Below are positions 22,924-37,938 of a stretch of 64,000 bases of DNA, piece after piece; position 1 is the stretch's first letter; each line of letters begins with the position of its first letter. The stretch comes from Mytilus edulis (lineage: Eukaryota): the NCBI RefSeq assembly GCF_963676685.1, contig NC_092352.1, forward strand, positions 49,104,001 through 49,168,000, written 5' to 3'. Made by a program: the position numbers and the translations under genes. The notes under the pieces are model-generated. The model did no database searches. It was not told the DNA's origin and saw only the letters and a program-made list of their open reading frames with translations.

Positions 22924-25900
22924 ATCTATCGTAACATATCAGCAGCTCGACATAATGTGAAGCATTTTAGCTAGTTCACTGCGATCACTCGTCATCAAGG
23001 TTTTCTCGAGGCTTATATTTTACGATCACGATGTGTAAATTATCTTTTTTTTATTATACTAACGATATCACATTTTCTCTATGTAAAGCGCTTATATATA
23101 GATGTTATTTTGGTGAAACTAGGAAAAAATATCATAGAAACCGCGTCATGATTTAAATTGAACATATGAACCTTAATCTCTTGTGTAAAATACTGTAGAT
23201 CATACTGGTCTTTATATCAATGCTTAAATAAAGAAACTACAACATACTATGATTTATACACTGGTTTTACAGGTAATATGAACTGAAACTCTTCCTGAAG
23301 ATTCGGCAACTTATCATATTGACGATATTGTATTTCGTATGTAAAACGCTCACATCTCATGATTTGATGTGCAACCATGATCTAAAATACAACCATTTCA
23401 CCATGTAAAGTAAATATATACACACAGACTTTAGTTAAAGATTTACTAGTTCAGTTATATTAATTTTAATCACAATCTTTTTCAAAAGACTTTGCAAATT
23501 CAATTGTAACGCCAAGCACATACATGTTAATGTTTTCGTTGGAAGATAAACATCGCATTCCTTTACATAGGGAATGAGAGCATTATGTTAAAATATTCAA
23601 ATCATTTTTCTCAGGCAATTTGTTTTCTATAAAACAAAACTTGAACCAAGTGAATAATCATTCTAAACCATTTAAATACGGTATAATTTTCATTTATTAT
23701 TATTATACATGTGTTATCTGACTTTCGCACGCAGCAGAATGACTGAAACAGACATGTACAAAAAAAGGTTTATCTAATATCCTCAGAGAAGATACGCAAT
23801 ATAATATAACATTTATCATGTATTTTACATAGTTTCTTATTTTACTTTTAAATGTCATTTTATGATATTTTCCCAGACTAAATTAACTATAATTATGTCA
23901 TTAACAGTCTTAATATATAGCATTAGCTAGTGAAATTCCAAAATCATCAGTTCACAATATCAATAGGACGAAGGACCACAAGTCTTCACAACTGTATAGC
24001 AACATATATTTAGTTATATTGTAATTTATATATATATAAAATTAATCTATGACAATCCCGATAAAACAATATTCAAAATTCTATCTATGATGTTAAATTG
24101 TATTATTTTATGAAATGTTTATTCAAAAGACTTAAGGGTGTATAGATGGTATTTATTTTTAAACGCCTTTTTAAACAAAGGTGCTATAGAAATTAGGCTA
24201 TCTCGTTCGGGAAACAAAAGGTACTGATACACTTACAAACATAATCTTTGTATCTATCAAATACTTTAATAAAGGAGAATACTGTAGACAATCTGATTCA
24301 ATATAACGCAGCGGCTGTTTGAATTGTGTTTTCATAATGTTTGAGCCTTTATCTATTTCCCAAAAGAAAAGATATTTCTTGTGATATGAAATACTGATAT
24401 GAAACATGCGTTCAGTTTGGTGGCATTTCCTGTAGTTTGTTAAAAAATTTCGACATTTCAATTGAATTTTTGTTCGATCAATGAAAACTTTTTTTTTAAA
24501 GTTTACAACGGACTCGTAGCCTTTCAGGTACAACCAAGAACTGGTCAAAATGTGTGGGACATGCACTAAAATGTTAAACACATTTCAAAGATATGTTTTT
24601 TTTAAACAAGTAATTATATGAATAGGAATGAGGTCTCTCTAAAAAAAAAAGAAGTAATAATGCGATTTTTTTTTATGTATAACACATTTAACTAACTTTA
24701 AGCAGTGTTTGTGTTTCAGAGAACAGTTTTGACGATTTTTTATTTAATACTGTCTCATACAACATTTTACTTAATCATAAATAAAATATGTATTGATTGT
24801 CGACGGTGAACAAACAAAATGATATTGTTACATATTTTACTGCACAAGTGAAATTTCATCAGTGATGCTCGAGTTCAAAATTGTGAAAAATACGAAACTA
24901 TAACTAACGGGATTTATTTTTTTAAACCGAGAATTACTAAAAGTAAATTAAAACCTAGACAAGGGCGATACATGATTCCTTTATTCAGAACTATAAATCT
25001 AAATTTATAACAACTTGAACACATATCAACAAAGCTATGCCAGTACTGAAGTACTGCTGGATAATTAAACTGACTGCCCTCAACAGAAATTCTATGAACT
25101 GTTTTTAATTAATGAAAAAATGTGATTTATTTTAGGTGAAGGTCATTTCCCTTTACAATTCAATAATAATATTTTTTTGAAAAAGGTTAAACACAGTTCA
25201 ACGACCGACGAAAACATTATAACAATCAATTAAACAATATATAGTTGAATTGTTGCTGTCATTCATATTTCATTTTGTACGCATTCAGTGGTCTCTATAG
25301 TGTTGTGATGTATATTTTGATTTTCCTGTCTCACATAAACCAAGATCATTTCAGCATCAACACAAACAGACTGTTGTTATGAATTTAAGCAAAACATTTT
25401 ATTTCAACAATAACACTATCATCATTATATTATTGAATTTTCTATTAATGATTGGAATTTAAACGTATCTCTACTTGCCATGCATTGTTATGAAGTTGTC
25501 TGTCAGTTAAGGACCGCAATGTGTGCACATTTAAAATCGTGCAACCTTTTAAAAAACTTCAGTATCGAAACAAAATACTAGATGTTGTCAAAGTGAAAAT
25601 CAACACCTTTAATCAAAGGCACATTGTTTCAGTACAGATATCTACCATGATGACCTTTTTCACGGAATAGGATGCATTTGTTTGATCTATTTAACGGGGG
25701 GAAATACAATATAAATGCCAAAATTCAGACCTGGTGTAATGCCATTGGAATCGTTATTATTATTATACATGATGAACATGTTGACTTCTGTACCCCGATT
25801 TTTGACATTTATTCCTATTATGTCTGTTTGTGTTGTTCATACATTGTTGTTCACACATCATTTTCAATAAAATGGAATTTTAAACGACTTAGCTAGCTTT

Positions 25901-27933
25901 ACGTATGTTTAGCTAGCTTTAAAGACAGGTTTAATCCACCATTTTCTACACAAGATAATGTCTGTACCAAGACAGTTGTTAGCCATTCGTGTGATGTTGT
26001 TGATCTTTTGATTTCTTCATTTGACGAGGGATCTTCCGTTTTGAATTTTCCTCAGAGTTTTGTTTGTTTAAATATTACTTTTTGTTTTGTGCTAAATGAA
26101 GACCAATGTCAACACCACTGAGTATTTACTGATATAGATTTTATCTGATGAAGAAATTTTGTTTAAACTGACATCAGAGTTCACTTGGAATTGTTTGGTT
26201 AAATATATTTTATGTATCTATGATGAGTTTAATATATTATGAATAAAGATAAGGAAGACAAGAACTTGTTTTTCTGCTTTTTTTGTCTGATATATAACCT
26301 TGACGGTTTTTTGTTATAATTAAAAAATATATATAGCTCATTCTACAATTCTATAGAGATCAATTTCTTTGTCGTCAATTTGCATTATATATTCTGTTTT
26401 AATTGTTGGCTTTGTGTAGGCTATCAGTATTTCAAAATAACAAAACACAAAAAGAGTGAACAACAATGTTACATAGCCAACACTACACTAAAATTAGCAG
26501 CAATATTACTTCCTCTGCATATGGGATATACATTTCCGAAATGACTTGAAATTTTGAAATTAGCAATTTCCAACACCTTAATATGGCGTATATATAAAAT
26601 TTAGTCCTGGTATCTATGATGAGTTTATTTGGTAGCAATATACCAATTTCACCTGCATAATGGATATAAATTTCTCAACTAATTCGGTATTCAATAGATA
26701 GCAGCTACTATTAAAAATTTTGAAATTTTAACTAGTGTCAGAGCAGAAAGTTGATGATCAGGTTTGTGTGAAAGAACGTCTTGTCCTTTTTGCCTTTTTT
26801 CCCTCCGAAAATCATCGGAAGATGATTTAGTCCTTGTTGTTATTATTCCTTATCAACCTCATAAAAATACTTGATGACCCTAAAGTATGGAATTGAGATA
26901 GTGACGTTAGTCAACTATCTTAATTTAGGGTGGTTTAGCTAGCTATCAAACGAGGTTAAAGCCACAATTTTCTACACGAGGAAATACCTAACAAAGTCAG
27001 GAATATGACAGTTGTTTGAATTTATTTGATACGTGTGCGCTTTTGATTTTGCCATTTTGATAAAAAGATTTTTGGCTTTTGATTTTCCTTAAGTTTCTTT
27101 ATTTTTGCTGATTTACTTTTTTTGCAACTTATAAATAGTTTTTTAAGTTTCTTTTATACATTTTTGTTCAGAGTGTTTTTATTGTACTTATTTTTATTTA
27201 TACTATAGCTTAACCATTTACTGTTGCTTTACTCAATACAGTAACACAATGATATTTCGTGCAATATTGATTTCATGTCAGGCCACTTTTCTTCATAATT
27301 TGGGGTTCGTTCAAGAAAGGAAAATACATTATGTTGTTCGTATCAATAGTTTTCTTTCTCAGAGGCAGAAAATTAAGCCAAGGTCAATTATCATTTTGTT
27401 TGTTAGTGTTCGGTTAACCTCGTCTTTCCTCTGTGTTAATAATTAAAGTGATATTTCCCTGAGTTGTGACCTAATACTGCGTTTTCTTATATTATTTTAA
27501 ATAAATTGGGATAATAGTCTGATCAACTTAAGTGGAATTAATTGTAATCACCAATCACTTGTTTAAAATACTATGAAATTGAAATTCAAACTGCAAAATT
27601 TGTAAATTCAGCTTTCATTCATAGAAAAAAACAACTTTACGTCTAATTCTGCATTTTTATTTTGTAAACTTTTACGTTTTCGGATATGATATTATATTGC
27701 CAAAGTGACATATAGGTCCAATGGGCCGGGTGTAAATATCAAATTGCTATGTATGTAATTATATAAATGTATGTTGTGATACACATGTCACTATAATAAA
27801 TAATTACTTACTTACTTACTGTTTAACCCTGCCACAAGTCGATAACATTGTCACTCGTTGTGTCATGTTACATTTGTATATCTTAATGAGAATGTAGTTG
27901 TGTTTTCCTTGTCAAATAAACAAAACTCAGTCA

Positions 27934-28949
27934 TCATAATCTTTCATTTAGTTTAATTGAAGTCTGGAGCTGGCATGTCAGTTAACTGCTAGTAGTCTGT
28001 TGTTATTTATGTATTATTGTCATTTTGTTTATTTTCTTTGGTTACATCTTCTGACATCAGACTCGGACTTCTCTTGAACTGAATTTTAATGTGCGTATTG
28101 TTATGCGTTTACTTTTCTACATTGGTTAGAGGTACAGTCCTTGGATGGTGTAAACTTCCCACTTACACCATACACCATTACACCATACACCATACACTAT
28201 TACACCATACACCTTGTACCATTACACCATACACGTTACACCTTTGCACCATACACGTTACACATTACACCAAACACCATTCCCCATTCTATCTACACGA
28301 TTCGAAATTACCCATAACGCAATTAAAATTCAAATATTAAGATTATTACTATTGTTTATGTTTACATTCCGAAAAATTAAAATGAAAAGAACTTCGTTTT
28401 CAACCAATGAAATGTGTTTTCAACCAATGAAATGTGTTTTCAACCAATGAAATGTTGTACACCGTTCATGCACACCATTCCCGATTGCACGTTACACGAT
28501 CACACCATTCCTCATACACCATTCCCTTTACACCATACAACATAGCACCATACACCTTACACCATTGCACCATATGCCATACACTATTACACCATACACG
28601 TTTTTTTGGGAAGTTTACACCATCCAAGGGCTGTATAGGGGGAGGGTTGAGATCTCACAAACATGTTTAACCCCGCCGCATTTTTGCGCCTGTCCCAAGT
28701 CAGGAGCATCTGGCCTTTGTTAGTCTTGTATTATTTGAATTTTAGTTTCTTGTGTACAATTTGGAAATTAGTATGGCGTTCATTATCACTGGACTAGTAT
28801 ATATTTGTCTAGGGGCCAGCTGAAGGACGCCTCCGGGTGCGGGAATTTCTCGCTACATTGAAGACCTGTTGGTGACCCTCTGCTGTTGTTTTTTATTTGG
28901 TCGGGTTGTTGTCTCTTTGACCCATTTCCCATTTCCATTCTCAATTTTA
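27934..28949 (+). mobile_element. Copy of the aagtctggagctggc repeat containing a nested MITE
   Basis: Empty site aaactcagttgtatgg at ~8625 and ~30972. tcagt is duplicated at both ends. Confidence 0.85.
28135..28633. mobile_element. Tc1/mariner-type MITE (TA TSD)
   Basis: TIRs cagtccttggatggtgtaaacttccca / tgggaagtttacaccatccaagggctg. The TA duplication is confirmed by the uninterrupted host agaggtataggggg at ~21484. Internal acaccat repeats and three 20-bp repeats. Confidence 0.9.
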
Positions 28950-31900
28950 TAATCAGTTGTATGGATCTAAAAGTTGTTTGTGTGTCATCATTACTGATAT
29001 AGAAAATCAAAAGGAAAACGACCCTGAAAAAATAAGAATCTTAATTCTGATACAATTCGATCCGTAGTAAAGCTCTTACGTTATAGATGATACCATCTCT
29101 TAAATATTCATAAAAATTGTTAAAGTTTCTTTTGGGCTTGAAAGTAACAGTTTAATAAGCCACCGAAAGGGATATTAAACCACTTCAAACTGATTCCTTG
29201 AGTGGCTTTCGCTTTTCATATTGTTCGTTTTGATTTATAAGCTTTTCATTTTGTAGAATGAGTTCCGGATTAACAAACTTTACAGCCTTCGAAAAGATGT
29301 ATTTTGAATTGCGGAAATGCAGAGCTGGTGTAATGCCATTGGAATCGTTAATGTTGTTATACATGATGAACATGTTGACTTCTGTACCCCGATTTTTGAC
29401 ATTTATTCCTATTATGTCTGTTTGTGTTGTTCACACATTGTTGTTCACACATCGATTTCACTATAATGGAATTTTACTAGCTAGCTTTACTTATGTTTAG
29501 CTAGCTTTAACGACAGATTTAATCCACCATTTTCCTCACAAGATAATGTCTGTACAAAAACAGTTGTTAGCCATTCGTGTGATGTTGTTAATCTTTTGAT
29601 TTTTCCATTTCACGAGGAACCTTCCGTTTTGAATTTTCCTAAATATAACCTTGACGGATTTTTGTTATAATTAAAAAATATATAAAGCTCATTCTATAAT
29701 TCTATATAAATCAAATTCTTTGTCGTCAATTTGCATTATATATTCTGTTTTAATTGTTGGTTTTTGTGTAGGCTATCAGTATTTCAAAATAACAAAACAC
29801 AAAAAGAGTGAATGACAATGTTACATAGCCAACACTACACTAATATTAGCAGCAATATTACTTCCTCTGCATATGGGATATACATTTCCGAAATAATTTG
29901 AAATTTTATAATCATCAATTTCCAACACCTTAGTATGGCGTATATATAACATTTAGTCCTGGTATCTATGATGAGTTTATTTAGTAGCAATATACCAATT
30001 TCACCTGCATAATGATATAAATTTCTCAACTAATTCGGTTTTCAATAGACAGCAACTACTATTAAAACTTTTGAAATTGTCACTAGTGTCAGAGCAGAAA
30101 GTTGATGAACCAGGCTGTGTCAAAGAACGTCTTGTCCTTTTTGCCTTTTTGTTCCAAAAATCATCGGAAGATGATTAGTCCTTGTTGTTAAAATATTCCT
30201 TATCAATCTCATAAAAATACTTGATGGTCCTAAAGTATGGAATTGAGATAGTGACGTTGGTCAACTATCTTAATTTAGGGTGATTTAGCTAGCTATCAAG
30301 CAAGGTTAAATCCACCATTTTCTACACGAGGATATGCCTTACAAAGCTAGAAATATGACAGTTGTTTCAATTTATTTGATACGTGTGCACTTTTGATTTT
30401 GCCATTTTGATTAAAAGATTTTGGTTTTTGATTTTCCTTCAGTTTCTTTATTTTTGCTGATTTACTTTTTTTTTGTAACTTATAAATAGTTTTTATATAT
30501 TTTTTGGTTTTTTTTTGTGTTACAGTGTTTTTGTTTTACTTACAGTAACACAATGATATTTGGTGCAATATTGATTTCATGTCAGGTCACTTTTCTTCAT
30601 AATTTTGGGTTCGTTCAAGAATGGAAAATACATTATATTGTTCGTATCAATAGTTTTCTTTCTCAGAGGCAGACACTTAAGCCAAGGTCAATTTATCATT
30701 TTGTTTGTTAGTGTTCGGTAAACCTGGTCTTTCCTCTGTGTTAATAAAAAAGGTGATATTTCCCTGAGTTGTGACCTAATATTGTGTTTTACTTATCTTA
30801 TTTTAAATACATTGGGATAATAGTCTGATCAACTTAAATGGAATGAATTGGTATCACCGATCACTTGTTCAACCCTGCCGCAAGTCAATAACATTGTAAG
30901 TCGTTGTGTCATGTTACATTTGTATATCTTAATGAGAATGTAGACTTGTTTTTCATGTCAAATACACAAAACTCAGTTGTATGGATCTAAGAGTTTTTTG
31001 ATGTCGTCATTACTGATGTAAAAATTCAAAATGAAAACAACCCTAAAAAAAAACCCTGTATCTAAATTCTGATACAATTCGATTCGTAGTAAGACTATAT
31101 TGCTATACAATCTTTAAAACATACAGAAACACTCTGTAAGTTTCTTTTGCGCTTTGAAATACAAGTTTTATAAGCCATACAAAGCTTTATAAAACCACTT
31201 GAAATTATGTATTAAAATATTATACAATTATAGCTTACGTATGAATTCGATACAAAAGTATATTGACCGGAAAGAAATTTATTGACACCGGACAAAGTCC
31301 GAGGTCGATATACTTCTTTGGGTCGATATATATCCTGTTTTGACCTAATACAAAGGCTATAACTGTTACAATATAAATGTCCGACTAGATTTGTACCAAA
31401 CTCGTCAATACATTACATTATCTTTTTTTTTCGATAATTTAATTTAGTTGGAATGTTATAGATATCATATTGTCGCATATATTAGTTCTTATTAAAATCA
31501 TTTTTTTATTTTTTTGTGTGTGTTAATCTTATACTTACAGTATTTTATGGTTATTTTTTCAAATAACCCAACATAAATATAACCCTTTATAAAAACGTTA
31601 GACATTATCCTGAAATTCATAACATGACGTCACAGACTATATCGGTTTTGAGATATTCTAAAAATTAGCGTGCAATATCACTTTTGCTATCCGCCGTTTT
31701 CAATCTACCTTTGACAATACAGTTTAACATGTGCCTTTCCTTGAACGAATCAAATTAGTTTAAATATACGAAGATAATATAAAAAAAGAAGATGTGGTAT
31801 GATTGCCAATGAGACAACTGACCACAAGAGACCAAAATGACACAGAAATTAACAACTATGGGTCACCGTACGGCCTTCAACAATGAGCAAAGCCCAGAAT

Positions 31901-33123
31901 GCATATTCAGCTATAAAAGGCCCCGAAATGACAACGAAAACAATTCAAACGAGAAAACTAACGGCTTTTCAATTTATTTGCATTTCGAACATTATAAAAT
32001 ATGAAACAACAGACTTACTTAAATTTCAGATACATAGCCGCACTTGCAGTATCAAACCAACACATTTAGTTATATAAATGCAGATTTAGTGTAACTTTTA
32101 TTGGATCTTGAAAATTAAATTAGTTGATTAAGTTTATCTAGATTAGTTTATGTACCATGAATAATTTACTAATGTTTTCTTTTCAATAATTACAAACGCT
32201 CACACTACTGTTCCATATTAGTACAGGCTTAAATGATACTCAATATTTGTATATCAAAACTGGTATGTTACTGTAATGTATATATGTTAATAATAAACTA
32301 ACTACCAGTAAAGAATATGATGGTCCTTGTAAAAGAGAATGTTCGAGAACTTGTTGTTGATTGTATATATTGGACACTTTCTGTTAAATGAATCTTCAAG
32401 ACTCAAAGTGACTCGTAAAGAATCGAACACATTGTTAAAGACAGTCGCATGTGTAAGTTGCCCCTTAGAGATTTTTGTTGTTTTTTGCGTCGCAGGAATA
32501 CTCATTACACTATTTTACACACCTGCTATACCGCATCCATTCATCTGTAAGGAAATCATTATAAGCATTGTCTGATAATTTAACATATATTGTCATATGC
32601 TTATCAAAGTCACGTTTAAAAACATTTGTTTTCTATTTTGATTTTATTTTATTCTAAACTCCATACTTTTCATAACATAGTTGTATCCAATTAAAATAGA
32701 AAGACACCATGTACCTGTCAAAATCATTCTATTTTATCTTATTCCTTTGTTAAACTTTGATCTTATCCTCAATTATAGAAATGAACCGCACAATCAAATT
32801 GAATTTGAAATATTTTATATAATCACAATACTATAATATTTGTCATGTCGACATATATATATGTTTATATAAATCCGACCGACATGAATCTTTCAAAAAC
32901 TCTACGATATCATCCAGTAACTGATATTTCGGTCAAGGCTTTATTTACATTATTCAATACATAAATTATTTAATTGTAAATACATTAATGTTATAACTAC
33001 CTCAATCAAGATTGCGTAATACTTATCTGTAAAGGCTCATTTTATTTATGCTCTATCATATTTTGCAACAAAATGTTGGTTCCGAAATATTTGGTCGTGG
33101 TATCTCATAATGATTATTTGATT

Positions 33124-33430
33124 ATTTAAGGAATGGCTGTAATATTTTTTTCTGTCTATGAAGAAATAACATAAAAAATTTGGTGCACACTGAATAACGC
33201 GCGTAGCGGGTTATTAACAGTGTGCACCACATTTTTTATGTTATTTCGAATAGACAGAAAAAATATTACAGTCATTTCTTATAATTTAATTCTAAATTCC
33301 ATTTTAAACCGTAGAAAACCATGAAAAAACGTTGATGAGGTCACGGTCACATGACTAAATTATGTCTATGGGCTCATAACAAAATAACCTCAGCCAATCA
33401 GAAGACGCGTTACATCCAAAATTAAATTAT
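33124..33430. mobile_element. Fold-back element with a ~160-bp hairpin
   Basis: tttctgtctatgaagaaataacataaaaaatttggtgcacactg...cagtgtgcaccacattttttatgttatttcgaatagacagaaaa. Truncated copy at ~17946-18120. Confidence 0.75.
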
Positions 33431-36400
33431 TGCTTCATGTGAACGGTTCGGCAGTTGGTTAGTTTCACCATTATCTGTTTGTGATAGGTTTAATGACATG
33501 AAATTAGGAATAACCACGGTAAAGGATACATTAGTCTTGAAAAAACGGAAAATATGAACATAAGAGAAGGTTTAATATTGTTTTTGTTTGTTTTGTAAAT
33601 ATCGTTGTTAAGAGTGTATTTGATGTATCAATTTGTTTTATAACTGCAGTGGACCAACTCGAAAACATGTTTTTTTAAATGTTATATTTCCTTTTTTGTG
33701 CGTCTTTGTTATATATTTGTTTGTTTTGTTCTGATTGAGATTGTGACACGGTATTGATGGCTGTTTTCCTATTTTACCCATTATGTCTGTTTGGTCACGC
33801 ATAGTTATAAATACAATGGAATTTAAGGCGACTGTTATACAAATGAGAGGTTTAGCGCTATCAAATCAGGTTCAATCCACCATTGTCTACATTTAAGAAT
33901 GCCTTTACCAAGTCAGGAATATGACAGTTGTTGTCCATTCGTTTGATGTGTTTTATCATTTGATTTTGCCATTTGATTAGGGACTTCCGTTTTGAATTTT
34001 GCTCAGAGTTCAGTTTATATATATTTTTGTTATTTTACTTTTTTTCTTTTTGGTTTAAAAAAAATAGTTTTCTAATCCACACATAGCGATATTAAAACAC
34101 TTCAAATTCTGTATTATAGTATTACAAGATACATTCATTTGCATTTCAAACATTATAAAAAATGAAACAACTGACTTATTTTAAAGCCAGATAAATAGCT
34201 GCACTTTGTTTATCAAATCAACATAATTTGTTATACAAAAGCAGATTTAATTGAATCTGGGTAAAAGTATGTACATGTATTATAAATAATTTACCCATTT
34301 TTTCTATTTAATCAATTATTAACACACCGCTCATAGTACTGCCTCATATTAATTCAATTACAACCTTAAAAAATGTTACTCATCACTTCTATATAAAAAA
34401 CTGAAATAATATTGTAATGTGTTTATTATTAACGGAAATTAAGTAAAACATATGATGTGGTTCTCGAAAATGAGAATGTTCGAGAAATTGTTATTGACTG
34501 CATATATTTGACCTTTTTTGTTTAAAATCAGGCAGTGATGAAAACATAACAAACAAAAACACACCCATTTTGACAGTAACTTATGTAAAAATTGTATAAT
34601 GGTGCACAAATACAACTTTAAATTCCTTCCCTGTTTTGGTAATTCAAGATACAATTTGGAAGAAATGCATTACAAATTAAATATTAAGGCAAGCTGATTA
34701 CGTCTTTCTAACCTGATTGAAATTATCAATAGATTTAAATTTACCAGACAGGCAGAAGCGATTGACATCCCTTTCTAACTCAGGATAAGGATAACTTAAA
34801 AATAGGTTGGTAAGGTTGGTGTTTTTTTTCTGGTCATGATTTTTTCTTTTGCCTTATTCTTAGAAAGACTGGAACCTAAGGTATTTACTATCTCTAAGAC
34901 TCACAGGGACTCGATGTGGCAAAGAAATTGAAACTTTAAATTGTTAAATAAACTCATCATAGATACAAGGATTGAAATTTCATATTTATTTTTTATGATC
35001 ATAATACTTAAACGTTTGATCCCCGTTGACATATGTATGTGTTACAGAATCCAGGTCGACATGAAAATTCATAAACTCCACGATCAGATCTATATACAAG
35101 TATTTCGGTCAAGGCTTCATATAAATTAAACGATGGAATAACATTTCTGTATATGAATTATATGCCTGAAGATAGATTGAGTTTATAACACATTAGCAAT
35201 ACTGATAGGTTATTTAAAAAAAAACATTCTCAATCCTTTGAAACTAGGTTTCCAAAGTATTTTGTCGTGATTTCTAATGCAGATTATTCCAGAAGCATTG
35301 ACTATTGCATATAACTTATGGAATATTTGGAATCCGCGACAATTGAATTGAAAATAATAATAAGTGCGTCTTTCAATTCATTATAGAAACTATGTTAAAC
35401 TATATACTGAGAAAAAAAGTAAACGCACCAAACGTTGTTCTCATTAACATCGATGCTCTTTAACTTCATACTTTCGTATTTTATATGGTCTGTTAAACCT
35501 TTTATATTCGCTTGTCGCTGAGAAGATATTTGTATACGAAACACTCACCTGGCGAACACAATCATTATCCTAGAATATTTGATGGGTTTCTTTTTTTTAT
35601 TTTAATATTGTTCACAAAATATTTTACGTAGTAACTGACAACTTATATAAACTGGATTGAGAAAAACTTGATAAAGGGGTATTCCTGCGATTATCAAGAA
35701 ACAACAGATTTTATAAATTGAGGTGAAAATGTGTATTGGGTTGAAAAACAACTAGAAATCAGAAAACATATTTTCATTCCTTCGTGTAAAAATAACCTTG
35801 GTAAAACCTTTTTTTTGTATAATTTAGAAATTGATACTCGAGATCATTCTTCATATTTGCAGATAACGATGTCGATGCTGTCAATTAGTATTTTACGATC
35901 AATGTTGTACTGCTGAAAGAATCGGTACGTCATAGATTAAACATTCGAGATGGCTATAATTTTTGTTAGCTGATTTTCGCATTATATAGATAAAGGAAGA
36001 TGTGGTATGAGTGCCAATGAGACACCATTCGATCCAAGTCACAATTTATAATAGTAAACCATTATAGGTCAAGATAAAGTTTACTCATTTTTACTCTGTT
36101 ATTTTGTTATTTTGTGTTCAACTTTTAATTTGCCTAAATAATAGGGAACTATTATGGTTCAATCGTAGTTCATACAGTTGAAGTGTGCTCAATTGTATAA
36201 TCTGACCTACATCAGACATTAAATATCCTCTATATCTTAATAATGTGTTCAGCTAGGAACACTTGACATCACATAAAGTGACCAACTCAGTTTAGGTTGT
36301 TTTTCAGTGACGGTGAACATTTGGTAAGTTTCATAACGCGCGAGGACTAACTCGAATGGTCAAATTTCAATATAATTATGAATGAGCCTCTGACGAGTTG

Positions 36401-36830
36401 TTCATTTTTAAAAATATATCGAATATTGCATATTTGTGCAAATAATAAAGTACACGTCACAACCACAAGAGAATACAATATAATATGTTTTACCTGGAAT
36501 TTTGTTTGTACTTGTCTATACCTTTGTTTTATAGTTACTTTCCTGATTTATTTGTAATAAACAAATGTTATTTTAAAAACATTGCGTCATCATATAATTA
36601 TAGAAAATAATTGTTTTAGTGTATTCCTTGATGGAACTATGTTCCTATATTTATTCATAAAATCTTATGAATTGTCTTAGGCGTGTTATATGACTTTAGG
36701 TTATCACTTGTTTCTGGCTATTTCCACATGCCTTTCATGAACAGTTTCGTTGGTATTCCGACGTCATTCTGTGAATGCCGGGAAAAACACATCAAAGATA
36801 CGATTTAAATGAAAAACATAAAAGAAGAAG

Positions 36831-37907
36831 TAATAGTTACCACAGATAAACACCAGTACTTACATGTGTCGTCAAGCCATCCAAACTCTGTAAAAAATGC
36901 TATACCATATGGTCTTGGTATTCGTGTCAAAAGAATTTGCTCAACAGAGGAAGATTACAAAACAAGAAGAGAAGAAATAAAAACGCACCTAAGAAAACGT
37001 GGATACAATAACTCGTCCACTGAAGTTCAATTGAAAAAATCGACAATTTAAACCGAGAAGATCTATTACAGTACAAACAGAAGAAAGAAAACAACAGAGT
37101 ACCTTTAGTAATTACTTTTTCTAAAGCGCTTCCAAATGTACATTCAATTCTTAGAAAAAATCTTAAAATTCTCCATCAATCTGAAAGACTAAAGAAAATA
37201 TTCCCCGATCCGCCTATCGTGGCATTTAAACGCGATAACAACATAAAAGAAATCTTAGTGCACAAAAAGCATAATTTACTATTTTATAAACAAACTAATG
37301 GATGTGGACCATGTGGTAAAAATTGTGCATTATGCTCACATATAAATGAAACCAAGGTATTTTGTGACAACACCGGCAAAGAATATACCATTCAGGGACA
37401 AATAAATTGTAAAACCGTAGGCGTGATATATGCGATTAATTGTACAAAATGTGAAAAAGTTATATATGTAGGACAAACGGGTGATACACTATATCAACGA
37501 ATGCTATTGAACTTTTCTAAAATACGCACAAAAAAAACCAGAAGATCCAGTAGCCAACCATTTCATTCAGAACAATCATTCAATGACAAATTTGAAAGTT
37601 ACCGCCATAGAGAGAGTATTTGGGACAGAAATTTACAGAAAAACTAAAGAAGCCTTTTGGATGAAAAAATTAAAAACTTTAGAACCTGAAGGACTCAACA
37701 CAATGTATGAACGATAATAAATATATTTATATTAAAAAAGCAAAAAACGCGGCAAATGAACGTCATAAAAGTTATTATAACGTAATGTATCCAAGCGATG
37801 TAATTGTTGTTTCAATGTTGTAATTTATTCCAATGAAGAAGGCAGTAATGGCCGAAACGTATGGGAATTTGTGTTATAGTTTTTGTTATACAATCATTCA
37901 GAGACTT

Positions 37908-37910
<3 letters not shown>
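36831..37910 (+). mobile_element. 5'-truncated Penelope-like element (Neptune-like): RT thumb, Cys linker and GIY-YIG endonuclease, frameshifted
   Basis: TDKHQYLHVSSSHP..AIPYG..R..RICS; CGPCGKNCALC; VIYAINCTKC..IYVGQTG; then PVANHF...EAFWMKKLKTLEPEGLN* (stop 37715-37717). Two frameshifts. Ends in (TA)n. Absent from units A and D. Confidence 0.93.
37827..37868 (+). ncRNA. Degenerate minimal hammerhead in the Penelope 3' region
   Basis: attcca-ATGAAGA-a-ggc agtaatg gcc-GAAA-cg-TA-tgggaat. Core C3 is replaced by A. Confidence 0.6.

Positions 37911-37938
<28 letters not shown>

Larger units (their letters stand above)
16069..27930 (+). repeat. Segmental duplication unit A
   Basis: Colinear with ~31213-43315. 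Paired ORFs 16728/31883, 17137/32302 and 18897/34439. Confidence 0.95.

Noticed and set aside
24198-24581. 127-aa ORF
   Set aside because: Frameshifted in all paralogous copies, with no recognisable domain.
25136-25233. Exon-like ttttag/GT GAA GGT CAT TTC.. frame
   Set aside because: Copy D has frame-breaking indels and there is no synonymous-site signal.
28089-28670. His/Thr/Tyr-rich ORFs
   Set aside because: Translation of the MITE's acaccat repeats.
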